A stretch of 64,000 nucleotides of DNA from Bugula neritina (taxonomy: Eukaryota > Animalia > Bryozoa): contig OZ037765.1 of the NCBI GenBank assembly GCA_964035545.1, forward strand, positions 10,426,698 to 10,490,697, in the 5' to 3' direction. The first letter of the stretch is position 1. Each line of letters opens with the position of its first letter. Below are positions 27,101-46,101 of the stretch, piece after piece. A model generated the notes under the pieces. That model was not told where the DNA came from. It was given only the letters and a program-made list of their open reading frames with translations, and did not search any database. The translations under genes were made by a program, and so were the position numbers.

Positions 27101-30048
27101 TGCCGAGTTCCGTCTAGAGGTTGTTTGCACAGTCAACTCACCCAGGTAATGTGACAATAATTGGCTGACTAGGGCTGAGAAGTTTTGCTGCTATTTTGGT
27201 CAAGAACAATGGTATGCTGCCAGCTTTGGTAGAACATCCGCTGATGCTTCATGTCAGATAAAAAAGTGAACTCATTAGTGCAACAAGATCTTATCTCAAT
27301 TAACTTCATAGAGGGATGTGTGAAGGAAATTAACACATTGCCCAGTGTTTTGGCAATTACAAATAGAGTAGTTACAGGCTATAAAAACCTCTGGTTATTA
27401 AAAATCATTATTGGTTTATTTGTATTAGGTCATTGTTTAAACATAAGAAGGTGTAAACTTGATGCTAAACCAAAATCTTCTTACAAAAACACACCTATAG
27501 CGGAATTGTAAATAGCTAGGGTTACGTTTTATCATGTTGGTGTAAATTAATATCAATTATTGTTCAATTTGCAATTATTATTTTATGAGTCATACCTCCA
27601 AGCTTCATGGTTTTTGAATAGAGTGACAAACCTAGTTGGTAAATAAGAAAACCAGTAAATGAACTGTCTATTATAATTATGCTGTGAGGTTTGCAAATAT
27701 CTATTTTATTTAAATTGAGAGATATTTTATACATTATAATTGCCAGAATATAAATATTAGATCTGCTCCTTTTCTTTGTTTGCTGGAGCTTCCAAGAAGA
27801 GCCAACTTTACCATATGTGATGAATTATTAGCAGTTCCGGAATGCTAGCCAGTGATAATTTATATGAAAACAACAAATCAATCAATAATAATTATTAATT
27901 ATTACATAGCAATAATATTACCTATTAATGTCAATATAGTCATAAGATATCATTTAATCATGTACGCATAAATAAAAATAGTGTTTTTAATTAATTTATT
28001 ATAGTTATTTATGGTTGGTACAAAGGGAATAAAATAAAATTCACCAAAGTTGATCAAAAAAGCTGCACTTCCACCTGCTGGAGTCTTGCAATAAACAATA
28101 TTTTAGATAATTTATATGTCTAATTTTTGGATATACTTTCTCACACTTTTCGAAGTGATATCATCGACGATAAACTTTAATTTACAAGTTCCTCCACCCA
28201 TTTGCACGGATGGCAACGAGCTGGTTGTATGGACTACTAATATGTTTTTCCACGTCATTGTTGCACAGATTATTAATTCACGGTTCTGTGATCAAGGGGT
28301 AGTGTCGAGTCAGTAGTCATGGTTTATGATGCCAGTAAAGCAGGCATATCCAATATAACAGCTAATAATCCTTGGGCAGATTCTGCTTAAAATAATACTA
28401 ATGTACATTGATGGACATAGAGGCATAGGCCTTGTATGAGCAACATTAATTTTATACACTGTGTTTGTATAATATCTGTATTGCTTCTCATTCTATCACC
28501 TGAAAAGTAACAATAATTATTATATTTATTCACAATACGGAGAAAGACCAACTTACAATGCAGTGTCTTGCTGGTTTTATTTATATTCATCTTAATATGC
28601 ATGTGCACACATGTGCATGTAGTGATGAGTATCTAAGCAGCTTTCTATGTAACTGGCAATGAACTTTTACCTTATCTCATACTGTATAGAATATAAAAAC
28701 ACTTTTTTATTTCAATTGTAATGTGCTTGTCTTTTCAGCTTGGTAATTAGTATGTATATTTATAAAACTACTTTAAAGTGCATTAAATTCTAGTAGGCCT
28801 ATCTATTTTAATTTAATTCTTGTAATTATAATATAGGTACTATTTAGTGTATATTAGTTATATATCCATATATATCCTGCCACCCGTTCAGGACATGGCA
28901 GGAAAAGGTGAGAACAAAGTTATATATCCATTGCCCTACCTTGCATATATTGTGAAGATTTAGAAATTAGCCACCTTGGGAGTCTCAACAATTTAAGAAC
29001 CCTTACTGCTGACGAAAATTATTGTTCAATTTACCACCATTATGTGCATATAATTTCTCCAGTATTTTACTAATCACCATAAATTGCTAGGAAAATATGC
29101 ATTTTATATAAGCTTCTTAATAGATGACCCAATCGACACAATATAATTAATGTAGATAAGATTGTGGATTTTATATTGATGTATTAAACAAACCACTTTC
29201 TCAATCTCCTTCCCCATGTGCTTGTATGCAAACTTAAGATGGGATGTTAAATCATTAGCAAAGACATTTATAATACCCTTACACTAAGGAGTGGGAAGTC
29301 AAAGTGTCTAATTATGCTGTTAGGATTTTATACATGATGATAATTACAACTCTGGAACGTTGATAGAAATCAGACTGAAATATTTAAATACTAGAGTTAC
29401 TCTTTGGTTTCTACAAAGGAATACTTGCACCAGATCAGCTAATTAATTTATTTACTTTTTGTGCAATACCTTAGATTTACAAGAAATTTTAGTTTTGTTG
29501 ATCCACCCTTTAAAGCTGTACATGGCGTGTGGATTATGCAAAGTTGAACATTTACTCACAAGTAATTAAGTGTCACCTCAACAGTTTTGTACTAACAATA
29601 ACCTGGAAGACTTGAGAACTGACTGGTAAAGAAAAAATACCTCAGACAAGTTGCATACTGTCATTGAAAGCTAGGAAATTCTGACATTTTATGTTCCGAA
29701 AAGTAGTTATGTGTTAATGTTTATTTGCACTCAGTGATATGTAAGCCTTTTAGCAATAACCGCCATGATACATCTTCATGGATAACTGAGCTACAAAGAG
29801 CTTCACCATATATTTACCACCATTAGAGACCCTATCAGTCAACCTATACCACTTTTTAGAAGTAAATTTTAACATAAATTATTGAATATAATGTGCTTTT
29901 GTATTTTTTGTTTTTACTGTTACTACTATCATCTCATTCACTAACTGACAATACTTGTTCTTGCTTGTAGGTTATCCGGTTAACATGTGACAAGGCTGGT
30001 GGTTCACAAGCTACTCTCAGATTGAATAATGGTATTCCAACAGTTTAA
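12107..30048 (+). CDS. Tandem (double) C2-domain protein, synaptotagmin-like/DOC2-like fold, no TM, predicted N-myristoylated; 418 aa
   Basis: Exons 12107-12277, 12861-12880 (20-nt microexon), 13276-13498, 13810-14067, 14335-14508, 16050-16126, 22755-22881, 23641-23769, 29971-30048. All GT-AG, phases consistent, 1257 nt. C2A motifs GEMQVSLKY..LLVNVIKCRDL, NPVFNEKFSF, VVDHD..EFLGEV; C2B motifs GELDVELNY, ANPSWSETFTY, VID...LLGHV. The last exon is the least certain. Confidence 0.82.
28870..28917 (+). mobile_element. 48-bp extreme 5'-truncated insertion of the same RTE family (3' stem-loop only)
   Basis: CCTGCCACCCGTTCAGGACATGGCAGGAAAAGGTGAGAA aligns to the 3' end of the RTE at 9549-9586 (CCCGCCACCCAATCAGGACATGGTGGTGAAAGATGGGA). 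Flanked by a perfect 14-bp TSD AGTTATATATCCAT (28856-28869, 28918-28931). Confidence 0.8.
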
Positions 30049-33000
30049 AGGCTCTAAATTATGCTAATTATTACTAATTAATCCTCAGCATAAGCTGCAC
30101 AGGTGACTTTCTTAATATACAAGAAAGCAACTTTTATTCAATATGTGGTAACTGTGGAGAACAATCTAACCATAAGTAAAATTAAATCTGATACTTAAAT
30201 CACCTGTTTTATAAAAAAATAGTTATTTACTTATAAAATTGCAAATTACCATTTTTCTATTATACTATATTGATGAAGGAAGCTGCTCTAGTTCACAGGT
30301 TTGCAATTTTATTTCGTAGAATGTTAAGTTCTTTTTTCAACTCTTGTAAATTTGACTCCTGCTTTATTTTTGTTATGCTTTTTGTAATGAAATGTCTAGA
30401 AGTTTTCATGTAATTGAAAGCTGAATTTTGGTATTTGAGTGTACCATTTCTCAATTCAAACCTCTACTTACTGCCTTCGTAATAATAAATTTCAAAACAT
30501 GACCAAACATTCTTGTCTAGAATTACAGCTTATATGTGACTGAATTTTTTATCAGAATCCAGACAAGAGAACTGACAGTTTTTCACTGGTGCAGCCTGAT
30601 CTTATCACTCTTATTTCTCACTGACATATGATATTGCGCAGCTCACTTTTCGTATCATCCTTTTCAGAAATAAATCCAACAGGTTAAAGCCGCTCTTTTT
30701 TAGAATTTGTTTAATTTTATTTGCCTAGACTAATTTTATGCAGTTGCATGATCTATCATCAAATGTAAAAAGCGAATGCGACAGTTAATTTTAAAACAAA
30801 AGAAGCTAGCACGCTTATGATTGTAATCTTGTTTATTGTGAATGAAAGCTCGGATATTAATTGACTGATTGATTGTTTGTCTACCTTGTTAATATATGCT
30901 ACTGAAGGCAGCTGGAATCCTATTGTTTCATATTTAAGCACAATTCTCACAACTCTGCCGTTACGGATGCCCACTGGAGCTTTTTTTGAGATTTCAGACA
31001 GCATGGCATCTGAAAAAATTTCCACACCTCACAATAGGTCATTGTAAAATGTTTTCTAGTCTTGGGTTATCATTGATCAACTTATAGTCAAGACTTAAAT
31101 TAGTGTATTATAGGAACAAGTAGGGAGCATACATTATGATGGAAAGTCCGCTGTATGACATTCTAAGTGTTTTACACCATTCTCAAAAGTCAGTGAATTA
31201 ATTTTGTCACGCTGTCTGCGGTTTGGCGACAATCTGCAAGGCTTTAAGCAAACTAATATAGCTTTTATGTTAGTTTTGACTTCTCATAATTGCTAAGCAA
31301 ATGATGCATTACTCACATAAATTTAAATTAGATAAATCCTTAGGTAGTAGATATGTGCAGATCTCTAAGTCAAACCCCGCTTCCCATCCTATAATTTTAT
31401 AACTTTTCTTCTCACCATTTAGGATGACACTTTGAATGACATCTTTACTTTACAAGCTTAAATCTGTTTTGTCAAATATGTAAATTTATCATGTTTTAGT
31501 GTTACAATTTTATTAAAAAAAGATGACAAAAGTTACTCAAATTTGCTTTATTAAACAGTATTTAAGCTGCATAGTTGTTTTTGTATGATTAGCTTTACTA
31601 CCTTAAAACAATCATGTAGATGTTTAACACAAATTAATATATATCATATGCCATTGCACATCTTTTGTTTTATATTTTCAGCTAATTTAAATTTTGGTAT
31701 AATAACATATAATACATGTTATCTGTGTAGTTATTTTGTTGCATCACATGGTAAAGGTTTTCCACGAAACCTGAGAGTAAAGAATTATTCTTGAATTTCC
31801 AATATTTTAGATTGCAGCTTTGTGATCTTGCATAACAACCAGAAGCCATAACTTTTAATTTGATAATGCGATACTTCTGTAGCTCTGTGTCATTCCTAAA
31901 CTAGGATCAGTATACTAATATAACTGCATACCGAGCATTACTTTTTTTCAAATTCCAATCATAACTGTAGAATGAGCAAGTATTACATCTCTCAGACTAG
32001 GTAGTTATTTCTGCGTCATACCCATTGGCTCAGTGTATAGACAGACACTCATGTTTTAAGATCGGATTATTAAATTATAATTATTACTCAACAATCTTCT
32101 ACAATTTTGATGATTTCAGTTAAATATTGTTGCTATAAGGTCTAGTGGCTATATAGACTTAGTTCTTAATGCATTTTTACAAATCGTACTCATGGAGTGC
32201 TGCAGTTTCTTATCCCTATAGGTGCGGAAACTTGCTAAATGCATTAGAATATTGTGTATATCTAAAATAATTTATTTAGATGATCAACTAAGTAAGCATA
32301 AAAAGATGTAATAGATAACTAAACAAATTTCAAAAACAAAATAATTATTATAAACTTTAAATAACTATTTACAGAAAGATCACTACATCATGAGTATGAA
32401 ATCGTAAGGATTATGAAAAGTATCAATATTAAAAAGAAATTCGTTTTAGCAACTCTTTATCCCGATTGTCTCGAGCATCAGCAGCTGATGATGGAAGAGA
32501 TATAGCATGATAATCATTTTTAATAATTGCTTAAATATTAAAATAGAAATCAGAACTGCAATTGAAATTAGTATGTACTACTCTGAGCACAACTAAATTG
32601 CACCAAAGTCAATTACTGTTAAAAATTATCCAACAAGTCAAAAGTACATTAAATAGAGAAATGAATTTTACAAAACTACAATTATTCTGCTAACTCCACT
32701 AATATGCAAGCTATTTGGCTATATAATTTTAGCAATGAGTAAATTAAAACACACAAAGAATACAACCATATATATTAAATGAACTTATCTTTAAATTATA
32801 CAACTCTAACCTTATCAAACTTGCCATTGAACTGCTTAGAACATCGGTCATAAATTACTCATACAAAATAAACTATTTGAGTATCATAGAACTATACCTT
32901 CTGCATTTTATATACAATATCACATGGTTGTTTGTCATATCTACATAATATCAATAATTTACAAAACTGCCTAATATCATAGATGAAGGTCTAATTTCTG

Positions 33001-33091
33001 GTTATTACCTATAGCAAATAGTATCAATTTGCTCAAGAGGTCATTTGTAATTCAAATCTATTAGAATACAGTAAGAAGTATTTCAAGGGTT

Positions 33092-39195
<6,104 letters not shown>

Positions 39196-39772
39196 AACTT
39201 TTATGCTACAAAATAAAAATGTCTCTCTGAAATGAAAAGATTTTATCACAACTATTAGGAGCTAAAATACAGTTAGGAAAAACTTAGTTATTAACAATTT
39301 ATTAGTAATCGTTTTAAAATACTTATAAAGTAAAAACATTTTGCATTATTATGACATGTTTTTTAATGAAAAATATTCGATATTCATTAGGCATGACATG
39401 AGCTTTTAACTACCTCACAACCAAAATTGAGCAGTTGAAAATAACAGGCTTTGTTCAGGCTAAAATCATCTGTCCTCGAAAGCAGATGATTCAAGCCATC
39501 TCAGCAGTGAGACAGTTCTAATCACTAATTGTATATGACAATAATTACATTAATATTACCCATAGACTGTGTAGTAGTCAGTCAGTTAAATGAGCAATTG
39601 TTAGCAAAAGCCACCATCCTATGTTAGGAGATTTCACACTATGCCCACCCTTACAACTCTGACCCTTTTGAAAGCATGTAAAATAGCTCAATTATCCAAA
39701 CTATAATTATGTATCTCTGTTGAAGTTTATTCAAATTTGAAAAGAAATAAACACACTATTTAGACATATCAA

Positions 39773-39933
39773 TGATAAAATCTCATTTTGAAATTCGGTA
39801 CCTATTCAGCTGTACTTGGCATGCCATAAGAATATCATTGTAATCTGATAAGCTGATAAGCATCAAATAAGTGAAGTTTTTTATTCTTATTCAAGTTATC
39901 TTTGAAAATCTCCGAGATAATTTTTCATTATCA
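39773..39933. promoter_or_regulatory. Cluster of six WGATAA sites in the putative GATA first intron (candidate autoregulatory enhancer)
   Basis: TGATAA 39773, tandem TGATAA-GC-TGATAA 39846-39859, TTATCT 39896, AGATAA 39915, TTATCA 39928; E-box CAGCTG at 39807. Confidence 0.45.
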
Positions 39934-40230
39934 ACCTGACCCATAGTATGGCAAAGAATGTTAGTATTATTATAATACAATGCAGCAATATTAATGATGT
40001 TATAAACACACTTCAGTTGTCATGTCAAGTCAGTCTAGTAAGCCATAATTAATAACAACCACACATTGGCTTTCTATTGCATCACCTTTAATTTAAAACC
40101 ACAATAACTTAGTATTTCGACATAAAATCTCAAAAGTGGCAGTGTACAATAATTGATTTCTTTTTCACATCCAACAGAAAGAAGCTTAGATGCAACTAAA
40201 TATTTTGTTTCTAGATAATTCTATACTTAC

Positions 40231-40490
40231 TTTTCTGTTTGTTTGAAATTTTTATAAGCATCTAATAATCCTTAGAACAGCACAAATATAAGTTATTAGT
40301 TTAGTAATAAACACTCTGGTAGAGTTTGTTCAAAGAGTTGTGTTTGACTAATGATTAGTTGGTACTCTGATCAAAACATTTATGGAGAATTGCTTCATTT
40401 GTACCTGCACTGTGTAGCCTTTATCTTACCTTTCTATTTGCACTGATCACTCTTCTAACTAGCCAATCCAATTTAATGGGTGGAGCTAAG
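40231..40490 (-). promoter_or_regulatory. Putative non-coding first exon and promoter of the GATA gene
   Basis: The ATG-containing exon has an acceptor at 39206-39207, so an upstream exon is implied. Strong donor GTAAGT at 40230-40225; upstream GATA site 40421, CCAAT 40463/40468, GC/GT-box GGGTGGAG 40478. Confidence 0.45.
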
Positions 40491-43400
40491 CGTATACAGG
40501 ACGCCACACTCCAAAACCACAATGCAGGTGAGGTGTAAAATAGCAGAACCACCAACAGGCAATTTTAATTTAAAGTGTATAGGAATCTAGTACATTATGT
40601 GCCATAAAACTGGAATATTTTCCTAACTTTTCAGGATATTTCTCGAAATGATACAACTTTGAACTGCTATTAATTTGTTGAGCTGTGCAAAAGGGTACAG
40701 TATAATTACACTTGAGAGAATTATATGACTGAGGCCACAAAGATTTCAATTTCTAATTTCTCATGTTCAATCTCAATAAAACAATAGAATATGAGCTGAT
40801 GGTCTCCGATAATAGACAGAAAGTATTGTATCTATTTAATGAATATTTTGCGGTGAAGGATAAAAACACACCGCTAACCTCAGATTATAAAAGTGATTTA
40901 TCTCCACAGGCAGATATATATTAAGGGTAGGTGTCTCACTAATTATTCATTATTTATGAGTTAACATTATGCTATCACTATAATTCTGTGAAAATAATAT
41001 ATTAACAAGCAGAATGTAGGATCTTGCATTTATTTATTAGATACACCCAGATTTGAAACATTTTTACTAATGTTACACACCATTATTCAGTGTGAGCTGG
41101 CCAGATTAAGAAGATCAAAAGGATTCATAAAGCAAAAAATTATAAATCATATGAAATTAATTAAATATTAATTATGATTGCTCTCACTGGCATAAACAAA
41201 ACTGAACATCCGACAGGCTGTGTTGATCCTACATGTAAAGCACTTGCTTCACTATAGTTACTGAGTAATATGCTATCATGGTTGAAATTATGTGACCTGA
41301 ATAGCTATCAAGTCAAGTTCCAATTTGAGACAGGTATTTTTAAAGCTGATCTTGTAATAATCTTACATGATTTCTCAAGAGTTTATGTAAAATATTATTT
41401 CAATTTTTTTATTACATGGTTTAGGGGTATGTCAATTTTTCAACAAGTTGAAATCTAGCTTATGGTGTAGCAGCCATAAAAATATTTATATGCTATTATA
41501 GTTTATGGTTATTAGATGCTTAGTATAAATACTTCAAAAACTATATTTTATCTAAGCTGTAATTGCTCAAAGCCTAGAGTTGGGTAGCTGAACATAATGG
41601 CTGTCGTAACTGTTGGTGGAGAATAGTTAGATAGTCCCACATATTTAGCAACACAATAATTATAAAGAAATACAGCGACCACTGCTAGGTCCATGGAGTA
41701 ACTCAGGTGTGAAGTCAGCAGAGCTTTACGCTGCCTCTGCCCCGCTAACAACCATTCTACCAATCTGTGACAACTCCAATTTCACAGTCTGTAATACTAA
41801 CAGATATACGGAGGCTGACTTTGCTTTGCTGACAATTAACTTACTGCGTAGTTTAAAGTGACTATACCTGTGCTTGCTTTTTGAGCATGGCTTGTGGAAA
41901 TGTGGAGACTGTTTTTAAAGAGGCAACTTATTAGACCACTTTTCAGACTCAGGTGCTCATTAGTGAGTATGGTGACAGGTATAATATATGCATATGTGTA
42001 CTCTTTTCAAAAGATCACACAAACTAAGTTTGCCGTGTGCATCGACTCAAATTCTTGAATCATAACTTAGTGTACAACATTCAGCAGTGTTGACTACATT
42101 TCAACAGTCATTCTCTAAGGCTAAAATCAGTTTAATCTAAAAACAGAAATAGTGATTAAGAAACTCCAACTATAATAATTCCATTCTACTGGGAATTCGC
42201 TAAACCACTGTTAGTGCACCTCACTGTCAGAGATGGGGCGCATCTCTTTCATTGTATTGACATGGAGATTTTCAGATATACTGATTATATATAAACTGCA
42301 GCTCCACCTGTACGTCTGAATGGGTACATGTATGTGTAATGTTAGAGACATTTGGCCAGATGCTACTAGGATAGCAAATTGTATACTCTATTGTTGAAAT
42401 AAATTGAAAACTGTTTTTGTTCGTTTTTTCTAAAAAAAACATCTGCCTACTAATTAAAAACACGAGCCTGGCTCGAGACAGAATTCTATCATAGCAAATG
42501 TCATAAAAGAGTAGAGCCACTTCATCAACAAAAATCAAAGTTATTATGCAAATATTAAACCATTCAAATTCATCCAACTAATTTAACATAATTGAAAAAA
42601 ACAATGGTCCAGTGACTAATTTGGCGTTGCTCCAATCTGGTGTTTTTTGAAATATATTTTTATTAACCTCGCCTGCTTGTTTGTGATATGAAATTATGAT
42701 AATTTATTATAACCAGGTTTTAGTTAATGTGCTTCCTCAAAATTTACTACTTTTAGTAATATTTTTAGAATATGTTTTTGGTACACAAATTCATTTGTAT
42801 CGCATGACATAATAAAACAATTGTTATATTTTATACTTATGCGTTGTATTAAATACACAAGAAAATCTATAACGAAATTCTTGAAAGCTGAATATTTTAT
42901 TTTTAAGCTGTGTTCAGGAGTAAATGAGTCTAAGGAGGTAGTGGGGCTTGCTTGGCACTAATATAAGTACAGTAGTGGACCAAATTTTTTTATGTCATTA
43001 TACCGACATGTTTTAAAGCAAAACTCCTTATTTACTTGAAAAATAACTTTGTCATCATGAGTATTTGAAACTTTTAGAAGAAATGTGATTATGCTGTTCT
43101 TCTTTGACTGTATATCGATCACTGCATACTTGTAGCCAAATTGGTAGAAATTCAGTTTGAAGATAACTGGAAATATGCATAGCTATTTTAACTATTCAGT
43201 GCAAGAAATAATTTCTATAACTTTATAACTAAGTAAATTTGATATCAACATGATAATACATACAAACACATACTGTCTAGTGAATTTAGTTGTAGTCAGC
43301 AAATGGTTATTTACAGTTCAAAACTGTAGGCTTTTTTAGAAAATTTCTGGATGATATTCCAATGAGCTAATTCAGTAATTAAATTAGCCAAATTCAACAT

Positions 43401-44090
43401 TGATTGTCACAGCCCTCAAGCTTCAGATGCCGTGTTAAAATGCAGTAAATAGACAGCTTAAGTGTTTCAATTTTACTCAAGGTGAGAAAACTCCAAAAAT
43501 CATTATCATAATAGTAATAGTAAACAAATTAAAAGAGCAGACAATTCCTCAGTTAATAAACATAGCATAATAGTTTTTAAACAATTTTCAGTGTAGAAAC
43601 AGTTTGCCGTTCATTATACTATGTTATATCAGCTTTATGCATTAAAACATGCAGCCTATGACTTGGCTTAAACTAGGCATATACATATATAATGCTTTAC
43701 CATTGTAAAATTATATATCTAAAATTTATTATGACACTTATAAGATTTTTTTACTAAAATTAAACTCTTTAAAGACACAACGAGATGTGTTACAAAAGTT
43801 TCATATATATTACTTTGTCACTCTTAATAAAGTTGAGTAGTAGCAATATAATTGTATGTGACTATTTTCAGATATCGATATGTGTGAATCGTATTTAATT
43901 ATGCTGTGCATCATACTTTTATTTTGCTTATTCTTTCATACGAACAATATTAAATCAGCCAGTGTTAATTTAAGATTTAGTAGCATTAAATTATTTTCCA
44001 TTATAGGTGCATTAGTATAAACTATAGAGATAGCAAAATGACAAGTTTCAAACTCAAAACTAGTTTAAAAGTCCCTTAGTTTTGGGTCTA

Positions 44091-44098
44091 TGTGTGTG

Positions 44099-44170
<72 letters not shown>
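44091..44170. repeat. (TG)n-(CGTG)n microsatellite
   Basis: About 80 bp of perfect alternating purine/pyrimidine. Confidence 0.97.
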
Positions 44171-46101
44171 TTAGTGTGTTATTGTATGTGCTTGCATGTA
44201 TACACACATTTTAACAATACTGAGCAGTACTTTTTAAACAATCAAGTGCTCAAAAATTACTATTCTTCAACTTTTCTCGAAAACCTTTTACTTTGCCAAA
44301 AGCATTGCCCAATCGTGAATTGATTTTTGTACAGTTGCACAATAATTTGCTGCAATAGTTATATATAAACACATTTAACCTATCACAAGTTTATCTATGT
44401 AGCATATTAAAGTTACACCAGATATTATTTGCTTAAAGCCAGATACTACCTTTGCATTAGACAATTGCTTTTAGAGTTGTCTCCCTTTTACAGTGTGTAT
44501 GTGAGCTGTGCACTCACACCATTACATAATTTATTTATATAATTTCTATTAACAACTAGATATTGCTTTTTTGTGAAAGGTAAAATTCTCTTGAATTTGC
44601 ACTTTGTAATAGCAGCTATTGTACTGATTTGATATTGATGCTAAAACTTTAAATAACAAGGTCTACATTACCACTGCTCTTTACTGTACTATATTAAGTA
44701 GCCTTTTTACAGCTTTTTGAACATTTTTCTACAATATTAAAAAACTTAATAATTTTAAAAGTTGTAAAAACAGTTTCCCCTTACCTAAACTTAATAATGA
44801 GTAAGGCTTTAATAACTGAGTTGTCCCTCTACAACACAAAGCAAATAAGTATTTTGAAATGCATGCATGTCAGGCAATATGAATATGCCTAATTTCAACC
44901 AATCAAATCATGCTTCTATATATGGGTTTTACCTATTGGTTGATAGAAAATTAAATTTATTTATAAATATAGACTAGTATAAATATAGCTTTTGGGCCCT
45001 AAAAATATTGATATTAAAATATGCAATTGTATTTATGTCAGGAACTTTAGCAACCTCAAGTAGTTTGCAGTTATTTCAGAATTGCTTTTAAATTAGGCAA
45101 CAGTATTCTAAATTTCTGACATGCATTTCAACAGATACTATGCATATAATATATATAAAAGGCTTAAAGCCTGTATACTAAGAAACCATGAAAATACACG
45201 CATAAAACTCAATGTGGGATAACTAAAGTTATACCATCAAGGTACAGTTAAAGCTCCATCTAGTCTTTCCTTGTTATATAAGAAGCAATGTTGCTTAGAT
45301 GAAAGCATCTAATTGCTTGCTTTAACAAATTTATAATACTTTAGAAAATTCCTAAAGCTTGCAGCTTTTTCTCATATATAGTTAGTTCAGTTTATAAGTT
45401 AAGAGTTGTCTGCACAGAAATAAAAACCAACGGTTGAGCAGATTTTAATATTTTAATCTATTTAAAATAATATTTCAGATCACGAGATCAAAAGTTATTA
45501 TTGATTATCCTGACTTACAGTTTTTCACTTATAGTTTTTCACTCTAAAAATTGTAAGAAAACATCACTTAAACTTTTATAATGTAAGATTATAATTATTT
45601 GAGAGCAGTGTTTGCTAAACTAGCAGCTAGACTCTAGAAGATTCTACTAACTCTGATCATTATAGTTTCACACATCATTATACAGTCTTTAATAATGTGC
45701 TGTTCACTTCATGTTTTAAGTTGACTCCATCAAAGTTTTAATATGCTAGTACATTTTTATATTTTTGCATAGGAACTTCTATCATGCAGCAACTACTGTA
45801 ATACTTGATATAGGTGGTATATAATATTTTGTAAACTATTTTTCACATCAGGAAAAGATTAATCTTATCACAGGAAATGAGAAAATGGTTATAGCCTGAT
45901 TGGTTTTTAACATGTACAGTTTATTAGTCTATCATAAAAACTTTTAACAAAAGCTTCTATTTCAAATAAAATGTTGATGAAGCAGATATTAAGAAAATTC
46001 CAAAACAAAACGAATGTCAAACAGAACTAGCTGTAGGAAAAAAAACAAGAAAGTTATACAATAACAAAAATGAATATGATAATAAATGTATGATAAAAAA
46101 T

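Noticed and set aside
30037-30048. PDZ-binding C-terminus (PTV*) on the C2 protein
   Set aside because: Position -2 is Pro, not Ser/Thr; weak match, and the last exon is uncertain.
44090-44323. CVRA-repeat ORF
   Set aside because: Translation of the (CGTG)n microsatellite.
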